A stretch of 15,100 nt of DNA. It comes from Mycoplasma todarodis. Lineage in GTDB: Bacteria; Bacillota_I; Bacilli_A; Mycoplasmatales; Metamycoplasmataceae. A model generated the notes under the pieces. That model had not been told where the DNA came from. It was given only the letters and a program-made list of their open reading frames with translations, and ran no database searches. A program made the translations under genes and the position numbers. The stretch is from the NCBI RefSeq assembly GCF_965212735.1, contig NZ_CBDBYJ010000003.1, positions 86,998 to 102,097 of the forward strand, read 5' to 3'. Shown piece by piece: positions 1 to 9,100 of the stretch (positions within the stretch are counted from its first letter, which is position 1; every line of letters starts with the position of its first letter).

Positions 1-191
1 AAGTAACAGATAAAAATAAAAGAAATATTACTGAAAATGCACAAAAACTAATATTCTCATTAGCACAACACGATAGTAGTTTACTTAACGACGCTAGAAA
101 ATTTATGCTAAACATTAGAAAATACAACTTAAGAGTAAACAACGGAGAATTAAGAAATATATTAAAAGGAAAAGATGTTATTAAAAAATAA
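1..191 (+). CDS. 3' end of an unidentified protein-coding gene (last 62 codons; 5' part lies outside the window)
   Basis: Frame 3 is open from nt 3 to TAA 189-191 (VTDKNKRNITENAQKLIFSLAQHDSSLLNDARKFMLNIRKYNLRVNNGELRNILKGKDVIKK*). The other two plus frames hit TAA within the first 12 nt. No family recognised. Confidence 0.5.
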   Translation, partial: VTDKNKRNITENAQKLIFSLAQHDSSLLNDARKFMLNIRKYNLRVNNGELRNILKGKDVIKK

Positions 192-207
192 TGTCTTTTT
201 TTATTTT

Positions 208-221
208 TATAATTTTATAAT
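208..221 (+). promoter_or_regulatory. Two TATAAT -10 boxes 8 nt apart (208-213, 216-221) upstream of the HIT gene; the second ends 6 nt before ATG 228
   Basis: Sequence tataattttataat followed by ttgtac then ATG. No purine-rich Shine-Dalgarno in between. Confidence 0.45.
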
Positions 222-227
222 TTGTAC

Positions 228-584
228 ATGACTATATTTCAAAAAATCATAAATAGGGAACTACCTGCCAACATAGTATATGAAGATGATAGAGTAATTG
301 CTATCCTTGATATCAGCCCAGCCACAACAGGACATACATTAGTAATACCAAAAACATTTTCAAGAAACCTTAAAGACATTGCAAAAGATGATCTTTCATA
401 CATAATGAGTAAAGCGCAAGATATTGCTCTTAAACTTATTGAAGTTCTTGAAGTTGATGGTTTCCAACTCCACGTTAATAACGAGAAGAGTTCAAACCAA
501 GTTGTATTTCACACACATGTCCACATCATCCCTACACAAACCGGAAAAGAAATTAAGAAAGAGGATATTAAAATTTCTTTATAA
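228..584 (+). CDS. HIT (histidine triad) family nucleotide hydrolase
   Basis: ATG 228 to TAA 582-584. The track ORF starts at TTG 222, but ATG 228 is the more likely start. N-terminus MTIFQKIINRELPANIVYEDDRVIAILDISPATTGHTLVIPK and C-terminal FHTHVHIIP (H-x-H-x-H-x-x histidine triad motif). Confidence 0.9.
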   Translation: MTIFQKIINRELPANIVYEDDRVIAILDISPATTGHTLVIPKTFSRNLKDIAKDDLSYIMSKAQDIALKLIEVLEVDGFQLHVNNEKSSNQVVFHTHVHIIPTQTGKEIKKEDIKISL

Positions 585-588
585 AAAA

Positions 589-606
589 AATAAGCCTCAG
601 CTTATT
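589..606. terminator. Bidirectional hairpin terminator between convergent HIT and cof genes
   Basis: aataagc (589-595) / loop ctca / gcttatt (600-606). A-run on the left (585-590) gives a U-run for the minus transcript, and ttt follows on the right. The minus-strand stop codon (602-604) lies inside the stem. Confidence 0.6.
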
Positions 607-1426
607 TAGAATCATTAGAGATAACTTCTCTAATTTTTTTTGCAATTGCATCACTATCATTGTCACCAATAACTTCATCAGCAATTTCTTTAGCTTCTTT
701 TGAACCATTACCCATGCAAATTCCGTAACCTGCACCTTGAATCATTTTTAAATCGTTTCCTGAATCTCCAAATGCCATAACTTCTGACATCTTAATATCC
801 ATTTCATCGATTACTGTTTGAATACCTGTTAATTTAGAAACTCCTTTTGGATCTACATCAAGGTAGATTGAGTTAGCTACATGTATTGAGTTATCTTCTC
901 CAAATCTTTTTCTAAGCTCAACAGCCATATCTTCAATTACTCCACCAGTATTTTTTAGTGAAACCTGAGTAACACCTTCTCTTTCAATGATTTCATCAAA
1001 TCATTCCATTGGTGCATCAATTCCATCAAATCTAAAGTCTTCTAATCACTTAGGGTCTTTATCTGTTGGGTGATAGAATTCTCTATATTCATTTTTTACT
1101 GTTGAAACTGAAATATAAGAATTAGTTTCTTTGGCTTTTTCAACTATTGCTTTATATAGTTCTTTATCAATAGCTGATACTTCAGTTATTTTCTTTTCTT
1201 CAACGTTGTAGATACTTGAACCATTACTTGAAATGATGTATGAAACACGTCCAATTTCCTCTGCTGCTGGTAATGCAAAACAAAGTGGTCTACCTGTTGC
1301 AAGGATTATTTTATATCCTTTATCATGTGCTTCTCTAAGTGCTTCAATTGATTCTTTTGTAGGTGAATACCCTTTTGAATCCATTAATGTTCCGTCCATG
1401 TCAAATGCAAATGCTTTAATTTTCAT
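602..1426 (-). CDS. Cof-type HAD-IIB family phosphatase, paralogue A (274 aa)
   Basis: Track fragments 602..928 and 1046..1426 share a frame. The gap has only in-frame TGA (1001-1003, 1046-1048) and no TAA/TAG. HAD motif I MKIKAFAFDMDGTL, ATGR, and motif IV FGDSGNDLKM. SD aggaga 1434-1439. Confidence 0.9.
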
Positions 1427-1455
1427 AATTATCTCTCCTAATCTTACTTATTTCA

Positions 1456-1461
1456 ATTATA
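1456..1461 (-). promoter_or_regulatory. -10 box (cATATAAT on the minus strand) for Cof paralogue A
   Basis: Plus-strand attata at 1456-1461 = TATAAT on minus, about 30 nt upstream of ATG 1426, followed by SD AGGAGA. It lies immediately downstream of the paralogue-B terminator. Confidence 0.45.
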
Positions 1462-1492
1462 TGGTTTATTTGTTAATTTTAAAAAAAGTAAT

Positions 1493-1514
1493 AAAAAATA
1501 AGCCTTAGGCTTAT
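1493..1514 (-). terminator. Rho-independent terminator of Cof paralogue B
   Basis: ataagcc (1498-1504) / tta / ggcttat (1508-1514). The minus transcript reads AUAAGCC-UAA-GGCUUAU followed by UUUUU. Stop codon 1511-1513 lies within the stem. Confidence 0.7.
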
Positions 1515-2338
1515 CTTGTTTGAGCATCAATAACTTCTCTAATTTTGATTGCAATTGCATCTGTACTGTGATGTCCGATTATTTCATCAGCAACGGTTTT
1601 AGCTCCATCATTTGCGTTTTCCATAGCAACACCATAACCTGAACCTTTAAGCATTTGAATATCATTTCCTGAATCTCCAAATGTCATAACTTCACCAGGT
1701 TTGATTCCATGTTCTTCAAGAACTATTTCAATACCTGTTAATTTAGAAACTCCTTTTGGATTAACATCTAAATAAACTTCGTTAGCAATATGTAAAGCAT
1801 AATCTTTTCCATATTCTTTCTTAAGTTCATGTGCTTTATCAACAATTAGTTCATGTTCATTCTTAATAGTTAGTTGTGTGATCTTATCCGTTTTAGATGA
1901 TGCGATAACATCTTCTAATTTATCAGGTTCACCAAAATCATTAACTGAAATTTTGATTCATTCTGGAACATCATCACCATCAAAGAAGTTTAATTTCTTA
2001 ACGTGGTCAGTTGTTGACATAACGAAGAATGATTTTGTTTCTTTAGCGACTTCAATCATTGATTTAAATAATTCTTCGGGTAAAAAATCTTTACTGATGT
2101 TCTCGTTGGCTTCAACATCATATAAACTAGCTCCATTATTCCCTACAATGTATGAAATACACCCTATAGAGTTCACAAAGTCCATTGTTTGGTATATTGG
2201 TCTACCTGTGGCTAGAATAAGCTTATATCCCTCTTTATTGGCTTCTCTAAGTGCTTTCATAGTCTCTGGATGAGGACCAGAACCATCTGGTAGCAATAAA
2301 GTTCCATCTAAGTCAAATGCAAATGCTTTAATTTTCAT
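1511..2338 (-). CDS. Cof-type HAD-IIB family phosphatase, paralogue B (275 aa)
   Basis: N-terminal track ORF 1958..2338 continues through TGA 1958-1960. I hand-translated 1511-1957 and it is open to TAA 1511-1513 (...FGDSGNDIQMLKGSGYGVAMENANDGAKTVADEIIGHHSTDAIAIKIREVIDAQTR*). That part is missing from the track because it falls below the length/start threshold. Motif I FDLDGTL. Confidence 0.9.
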
Positions 2339-2364
2339 ATTTCTCTCCTAAATTAGTTATTTAA

Positions 2365-2370
2365 ATTATA
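2365..2370 (-). promoter_or_regulatory. -10 box (cATATAAT on the minus strand) for Cof paralogue B
   Basis: Plus attata 2365-2370. Same relative position and same catataat context as the paralogue-A promoter. SD aggaga (plus tctcct 2344-2349). Confidence 0.45.
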
Positions 2371-2401
2371 TGTTGTTATTTTTGAATATTTTAAAAGATA
2401 T

Positions 2402-2424
2402 AAAAAAATAAGCATAGAGCCTAT
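2402..2424 (-). terminator. Weaker hairpin terminator of Cof paralogue C
   Basis: The minus transcript reads AUAGGC-UCUAU-GCUUAU followed by a U7 run (plus A-run 2402-2408). One G-U pair is created by the TAG stop (2421-2423) that sits in the stem. Confidence 0.5.
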
Positions 2425-3248
2425 TTTGATTGATTTGCAATAACTTCTTTGATTTTCTTACCGATGGCGTCTGTATCGTGGTGTCCAATAACTTCATCAG
2501 CAGCTTCTTTAGCTTCGTCATTAGCGTTACCCATAGCAACACCATAACCTGAACCTTTGATCATTTGAACATCATTACCTGAATCTCCAAATGCCATAAT
2601 TTCTGATATATCAATACCTAAGGCATCCGCAACTTCTTGCAGTCCTGTTAGTTTTGAAACACCTTTAGGGTTCATATCAAGATACACATCATTAGCAATG
2701 TGTAATGAAGCGTATTGAGAGAACTCTGGGTGTAGTTCATCTCTTTTAGCTTTGATAAGTTCTTTTGAGTTTTTGATTGTAAGTTGAGTAATCTTTTCTG
2801 TTTTAGCAGCTTCTTTAATTGAGTCAATTGTGTTTGAACCATTTGATTCATTAAATGAAGTTTTTACTCATTCTGGAACTTCTGTTTCATCAAAGAAGTT
2901 TAGTCTATAGATGCTTTCAGTTGTTGACATAGCGAAGAATGATTTTGTTTCTTTAGCTAGTTCAATAACTTTTTCGAATAGTTCATATGTTAAAAATGAT
3001 TTACTGATGTTTTCATCTTTATCCATATCAAATAAACTTCCACCATTGTTACATACTAAATGAGAGATTTCTCCGATTTGTTCTGCACTCTCTTTTGTCA
3101 TACATACCGGTCTACCAGTAGCAAGAATGATTTTGTAACCTGCAGCGTTAGCTTCTTTTAATACTTTCATGTTTTCTGGGTGGATCCCAGAACCATCTGA
3201 AAGTAATAGTGTTCCATCCATGTCAAATGCAAATGCTTTAATTTTCAT
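2421..3248 (-). CDS. Cof-type HAD-IIB family phosphatase, paralogue C (275 aa)
   Basis: Fragments 2421..2687 and 2868..3248 are in frame. The hand-translated gap has no TAA/TAG and one TGA (2868-2870). Motif I FDMDGTL, motif IV FGDSGNDVQM. It starts 17 nt downstream of the lysS stop, with aaagga as SD and no room for a separate intergenic promoter. Confidence 0.9.
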
Positions 3249-3265
3249 AATTTATCCTTTGATTA

Positions 3266-4732
3266 TTATCCTCTGTTTTTTAGGTGAGGGAATAGTAGTA
3301 CGTCTCTAATTGATTGTGAATCTGTGAATAACATAACAAGTCTGTCAATTCCTATTCCACATCCACCAGCAGGTGGCATTGCGTGTTCTAGAGCTTCAAC
3401 GAAGTCCATGTCGATTTCATTAGCTTCATCGTTACCAGCTTCACGTTCTGCTAGTTGAGCTTCGAATCTTTCTAGTTGATCAATTGGGTCGTTTAATTCT
3501 GTAAACATGTTTGCGAATTCTTTACCGTTGATGAATAGTTCTGCTCTATCTGTAAATCTTGGGTCTTCAAGATTTTTAGCTGCTAGAGGTGAAATTTCAA
3601 TTGGGTGTCCGTAAACAAATGTTGGTTGAATTAGTGTTTCTTCTACATACTCTTCAAAGAATGCTTCTAAGATGTGACCGATTGAGAAGAATTTCTCAAT
3701 TTTAATTTTGTGGTCTGCAGCATGTTGTCTAGCTTCTTCAAGTGTCATTTCTGCTTTGAAGTCTACACCAGCTTTTTCTTTAACTGCTTCTGCCATATTA
3801 ACTTTGGCAAATTCTCCAGAAACGTTAATTTCTTTTCCGTCGAACATGATTGTATCTTTGTTTAGTCTTTTAGCTAAGAATTGGAATAGCTCTTCTGTTC
3901 TTCTCATCATTCCTGCTAGGTCTGAATGTGCTTCATAGAATTCGATTGTTGTGAATTCAGGGTTGTGAGTTGCATCAACACCTTCATTTCTAAATAGTCT
4001 ACCGATTTCATAAACTCTTTCAATTCCCCCTACAACTAATTTCTTAAGAGGTAACTCTGTAGCAACACGTAAGTAGAATTCCATGTCAAGAGCATTGAAG
4101 TGAGTTGAGAATGGTTTAGCAGATGCTCCACCAAGGATTGGTTGTAATACTGGAGTATCAGCTTCCATGTATCCTAAATCATCGAAGTAGCTTCTAATTC
4201 CTGAAATAACTTTTGATCTTGTTCAGAATCTGTTTTTTGTTTCTTCTGACATGATTAAGTCAACATATCTTCTTCTACGTCTTTCTTCAACATCTTGAAG
4301 TCCGTGGAATTTTTCAGGTAATGGTCTTAGTGACTTAGAAAGAAGCATGAATTTTGAGGCACGAATTGTAATCGCTCCTGTATTTGTTTTCATTACTTCA
4401 CCTTCAAATCAGATGTAGTCTCCTGTATCTAGAGTTTTTGTTAGTTCAGCCATTTCTGGGAATTCTTTTTTAGCAATATATGCTTGTAGTTGTCCTGATG
4501 GATCTTTAGCAACGATGAAAGGTCCTCTTGAACCCATCATACGTCCTGTTACTGAAACGATTATTTTCTTTTCGTGTAATTCATCTTTAGTGAACTTCCC
4601 AAATTCTTCTTCTAGTTGTGCTGATGTATGTGTGAAATCTTGTTTTGGTGCATATGGTTTAACACCCATTTCTTCGTATTTAGCAAGCTTATCTCTTCTT
4701 ACTTGTTCTTGTTCTGTAAATTTTCTTGACAT
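3266..4732 (-). CDS. lysS: Lysine--tRNA ligase, class II (488 aa)
   Basis: Fragments 3266..4168 and 4409..4732 are in frame. The gap translates cleanly with TGA at 4223-4225 and 4409-4411. Hallmarks: [46 protein letters not shown] (motif 2), [14 protein letters not shown] (motif 3). Confidence 0.95.
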
Positions 4733-6123
4733 TATTGTTCTCCTCTGTCTATTTTAATTGCTTTAATTTTATCATTATCGTTGCTATTGTTATCAATAGT
4801 TTCTCTTTTTTCATCTGCATTTTTTGCATGGTGATGACGAACTTCTTCTCAGTATTCCTTTGTAAAGAATGCTTTTGTCTTCATGTAGACTCTCATTATT
4901 TTGAATCTTCAGTATTTTTTAGTGAATAATGATTTCAGTCATATTCATAAAGCTGATTTTGCTTTTATAACTTCCATCCCTCTTTTACGGTTAATCTTTT
5001 GTTTGTTTTGGTGCTTAGTGTAGAAGTGTAATGATAATGAACAAATCATTGCCAATACAATCGCTGCTGCAACTCCTAATCTGTGTCCGATGTAGTTTGT
5101 GTGTGAACTTGAAAGGTTTCTTCATAAGTTATCATGTGGAATTATTAGTAATGAAATTGATGATGCAACCATCATTCCAAATGCAGCTGCTGCAAATGTT
5201 CTTTTGTGTTTTTTGAATAATCATGCAAACAAGAATATCATTGTAATCATCCCTAACATTGTGAATGATGCAAATATCATTAATCCTAAGAAGTTTGAGC
5301 CATGACCACCGTGGAAGTTAGCCATTATTTTTCAGTGGATAGTTTGATACATTCTATATCCAGGTTCATCACCTTGGAATAGTAATTGAATAATTGCTCC
5401 TGAACCACCTGGAGTAATTGTGAATATACCACCTATGAATGCAACCGCCATCAACATAAATACATGTGATGCAGTTGGAGTTCAAATTCCGAGGTGAACT
5501 TCTTTTTTAGAATCATCCCCAAAGTGGATACCTTTTTCTGCTGAACCGAATTTAATTCAACAAGCTAATCCGATCATCATTGCAAATCCCATTACGAATA
5601 CAGTTCTCCGTATCCACAAGTGCTTCCGCTTCTTGGGCTTGAGACCTATTTCAGGTTTCTCACCTTGAATGAACATTGGTATCGAGAATAATACAAATGT
5701 TGAGAAGAAGAATAGTAGTTCTAATCCTAAGTTTCTTTTATCAGCAAGAAACTCCGTACCCTTATCTATTCCATATACCCCGAGAATTCATCCGATTCCA
5801 AAAGGCAACATGAATAGGAATGCTTTCATTCTTGTAATTCCAACTTCAGGAACAAAGATTGATTTTGTAAGCATAACAAGTTTTTTAAATACACCAAGAA
5901 GTGCCATGGAAGTTCCACCACAATATCCAGGTATAGCATCGGAAGCACCCATGAAAGAACCAACCGCTATTCACTTAGCTAATTCTTTACCAAGTTGAAG
6001 TCCAGTGGCTTGCGAAAATGTTGAGACAACTTCGATTAATTCGGTCTCGTCATAACCATTTTTAATCTCTTCTGTTTTTACTTCAGAAGTAGGTTTTTCT
6101 TTTCTTTTAAATTTGCTTCTCAT
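4732..6123 (-). CDS. Polytopic membrane protein, DUF368 / PopT-like (putative polyprenyl-phosphate translocase family), 463 aa with N- and C-terminal extensions
   Basis: There is no minus ORF in the track here because of 11 in-frame TGA. I checked every triplet from 4732 to 6123 and found no TAA/TAG. ATG 6123-6121, TAA 4734-4732. Two repeats of the family signature: GSFMGASDAIPGYCGGTSMALLGVF and IGGIFTITPGGSGAIIQLLF (compare the PG-V/I-SGG/S consensus as I remember it). Multiple hydrophobic helices. Confidence 0.6.
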
Positions 6124-6132
6124 ATACTTACA

Positions 6133-6138
6133 ATTTTA
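6133..6138 (-). promoter_or_regulatory. -10 box TAAAAT for the DUF368-lysS-cofC transcription unit, 9 nt upstream of the ATG
   Basis: Minus strand reads ataaggTAAAATtgtaagtatATG. No SD between box and start. Sits directly downstream of the ABC operon terminator. Confidence 0.4.
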
Positions 6139-6167
6139 CCTTATTAAAATAGGTTTTGAATGATAAT

Positions 6168-6191
6168 AAAAAAACATAAGTAAAACTTATG
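6168..6191 (-). terminator. Rho-independent terminator of the ABC transporter operon
   Basis: cataagt (6175-6181) / aaa / acttatg (6185-6191). On the minus transcript the hairpin is followed by U7 (plus A-run 6168-6174). The permease stop codon 6187-6189 is inside the stem. Confidence 0.7.
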
Positions 6192-9100
6192 CTTTAAATG
6201 CTTCAAGTGTTTCTTCATTACCAAGTTTTCTCATCGATACATAGTATATGATTGCGAATGCGAATGTGATTAGGAAGAATGTTAATATTAGTTCTCAACC
6301 CATCATAGAGATAGGAACCAATATAGCACCGAATGATATGATAATTGCTTTAATTGCGAATAACGCACCAATCGTAATTGGTATAGCAATTAACAGACCT
6401 AATATGATTGCCGGGATTAATGATCTAAAGAACATTCTCCGGATTTCTTTGTTTCTATATCCAAGAACTTTCATTGTAGATATAAATTTCTTATTATCTG
6501 AAATAATCATCGAAGCAATAATTGCAACGAATAGAATTGCGATAAATATAGCAATCGCTTCAACCATTCAAATTAACTTACCTGAAAGGTCTAGAATATT
6601 TTTGAATGCATATCTAGACATAGCTGCTCAGTTAGCTGAAGAGAATGTAGATACATATGGTGAATTACTATAAATGTTTAAGTATGAAGATGCCCCTGAA
6701 ACTCTTGGGTTTTCATAGTTATTTTTAACATGTTCTGCAATAGCTTTATAAAGTTTATCATTTTGATTTGTCTTGATAATATCTGTACCTGGAGTAATTC
6801 CAGAAGGTGAATATAGCGAAATGTTTTGGAATACCATTGGGTTTTCAGCTTTAGTATAAACACCATTGAATGCATTCTTATTCTTAATAGGATCCACTCA
6901 ACCTAATTTAGCATTAGCTATAGATTGTGTTGTGTATAGTTTTGGTCCATCATATGATTCTTGGACACCTATAACCATTGCACGTGCTTTATAAGCAGCA
7001 CCAGTGTGGAATCTATCAGCTCTATTTTTGATTTTAACATCAATAATATCACCCTCATCAATACCATATGCTTTTTGGAAATATGTGTTAATGATAATTG
7101 GAATAACTTGCTTGTTATCTCTAGTTGTATCATAGTGGAATTCTTTAAATCTATTTAATAAACCATTATCAAATTTAACCATTTTTGTTTTAGGGTTAAT
7201 ACCTGTGATAGTTGTGTTTAGAACTTCTTCGTGTCCTGATAGATTTTTACCTTTGTAATCAATATCAAGGTGAGTATATACTTCATCCTCTTTGTCGGTA
7301 ATTATGTTGTTATAAGAGATAAAGTAAGGTAAGTGATAATCTTCTTTATTATTGTATTTCTTAATTTGTTCTTTAAGTCCTGCAAATAAGAATTTTTTAT
7401 AAAGTTCTCATTCAGGAGTTCCATATGTTGGAGGGATAAATTCAAAGTTGTTTTTAGCAGCTTTACCTAAAAATCCTTTTGGTCCAAATACATTTTTATA
7501 ATATTCATCTGAAGTAACGCCAATTATTTTGGCAACTTCAAAATCTTTTCCTCATTCATAAAGAGCTTTAACAAATGCTTGTTCTCTTTCATTAGCAATA
7601 TTCCTTTGATTCTCAGGCATTGAACTTAACGCAGCTTTTCAAGGGTTAAGTTTTGCGATTTCAAAGTTTAATATTGATTTGAACTGTAATCTATTTTTTA
7701 AGTAATTGACAGTGTCTTTTTTATCAAAGTCATTTGTAGTTGGAATGTGGAAATAAGAACCGGGGTTTGAAATTCTATTAGCTTCATCTTTTTTATCTTC
7801 TTCGACAAAGAAGTTTGAATAATCTGCAACAGATGCCGTTCTTCAATCTCCACCTTTCATACCTAATTGATTTGGATTAACTCTTTTCATTAATCCACCT
7901 TCAAATGTAGGGGAGGCCATATCAACTTTAAATGAGTAATTTACTTTTGCATTTGATGTTTGTTGTGCGTAGTTGAATCTTCCCATAATAGAGAAGGCAA
8001 CCCCACCAGCAACCATCGCAATTGTGGTTGTTACTAATACCAATAACATTTTTGATAAGTTAGAAGTAAATAGTGAAATTGTAATTTTAGATTTGATACC
8101 AATTCATGCAAGTGGTTTAAGTACTTGTGAAGTAATTCAACCAGCAGTCTTAGATTGTGAATCTGATAGGATAGAAATTAAACTTCCTTTTAATGCTAGA
8201 CGTGATGCTAAGTATGAGAATAGAATAACTCCCAACATAGGTAATGCAACAACTAGTATTAATGTCACTCAAGAGAATGAGTGGTTGTAAATTGGTAGCG
8301 TTCAATAGTTGGTAAACATATTGATAAATACACTTTGCATGAAGTGACCAACAACATACCCTAGCGTTGCAGGTATCAATACAATGATTAAAGCGATTGT
8401 AGTCATTGATCATGCTATTTCATTCTTACTATATCCATTAGCTAATAGAGTACCTAATATCTTACGTTTTGAAGATATTTGTTTCTTGATAACCATTAAT
8501 ATAATAAATCCTGTTAGAACACCTAAAAGTGCTGTTGTAAGGAATGCAATGGTTGTAATTGATTGTTTAAGTTTCTTTAAGAATGCAATACGTTGAGGTG
8601 CTAAGATAACTTTCTCATTTGTATCAAATGCTCCTGAAACAGGGTTTAAAGTATTACCTCATGACATGTGTTTTTTTGAAATCTTAAGAATCCCTTTCAT
8701 AACCATTCTTTTATCAGCGTCAGATACTCCCCTTGCAAATTTATACGCAAGATAGTTTTCTTTCTGATTTCCACGGAATGCATCTTCAATACGTCTATAT
8801 CCATGATTGTTTGTGAATAATAATGCTTGAGTTTTAGCGTTTGGAAGTGGATTTTGTTGATTAATAATTGGGAATGAGAAATCAGGTGTTGTACCTATAC
8901 CAGTAATGATATAAGGTGTTTGATCAATCTTCTGAACATACTTCTTAAATTGAGGCATTTCAAATACAGCATTGATTTTTTTGATATCAATTCCAGCTTT
9001 TAAAATTTCTATATTAAAAGCTTTTAAATCATCTTGTGAAATCGGCTGAATATTATGTTCTTTCGCAAAACCATCAGTTATTACAGCTTGATAAGATGTT

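Larger units (their letters stand above)
602..3265 (-). repeat. Tandem triplication (~910-912 bp period) of a Cof-type HAD phosphatase cassette (gene + terminator + promoter/SD)
   Basis: Three same-length paralogous genes. An identical 26-nt 5' end (plus strand tcaaatgcaaatgctttaattttcat) occurs at 1401-1426, 2313-2338 and 3223-3248. The two internal spacers are homologous: both have an aggaga SD, a catataat box and an ataagc-type hairpin. Confidence 0.85.

Noticed and set aside
424-609. 61-aa plus-strand ORF overlapping the HIT gene out of frame
   Set aside because: It lies entirely within the well-supported HIT CDS and terminator. It has no SD or promoter and an implausible sequence.
602-3265. 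~910-bp direct repeats as a possible mobile element or CRISPR-like array
   Set aside because: Each repeat unit is a complete, intact HAD phosphatase gene with its own expression signals. There are no terminal inverted repeats, no transposase, and no short spacer-repeat structure.
1233-4757. Plus-strand ORFs 1233..1508, 1878..2273, 3708..3938 and 4515..4757
   Set aside because: They are antisense to the Cof paralogues and lysS. Their serine/leucine-rich translations are typical of the reverse complement of real genes.
4733-4800. T-box, riboswitch or attenuator upstream of lysS
   Set aside because: The sequence upstream of lysS is coding (the tail of the membrane protein) up to the overlapping TAATG. 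There is no untranslated leader in which such an element could reside.
5608-5628. Local GC-rich patch with two CGG Arg codons and a TGG Trp within 7 codons (KPKKRKHLWIRR loop). CGG is unassigned in some Mycoplasma lineages
   Set aside because: Another in-frame CGG occurs in the permease (6439-6441, ...EIRRMF...), so the organism evidently decodes CGG. Two rare codons in a basic loop are not enough to claim recoding or foreign origin.
4726-5998. Plus-strand track ORFs 4726..4929, 5031..5216, 5099..5305 and 5669..5998, in a region where the track shows no minus-strand ORF
   Set aside because: They are antisense shadows of the 463-aa membrane-protein gene, which is hidden in the track by 11 in-frame TGA. 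Their translations are low-complexity F/C/I-rich strings without motifs, and the minus frame is open for 464 codons under code 4.
6253-6266. Short tandem repeat tgcgaatgcgaatg
   Set aside because: It is only two copies of a hexamer, encoding FAFA in the last transmembrane helix of the permease. There is no evidence of expansion.
6248-8596. Plus-strand ORFs 6248..6673, 6961..7158, 7973..8290 and 8384..8596, and minus-strand ORFs 6678..6875 and 8150..8413
   Set aside because: The plus ORFs are antisense to the permease. The two minus ORFs are in a different frame from the continuous 1255-codon permease frame and have no motifs.
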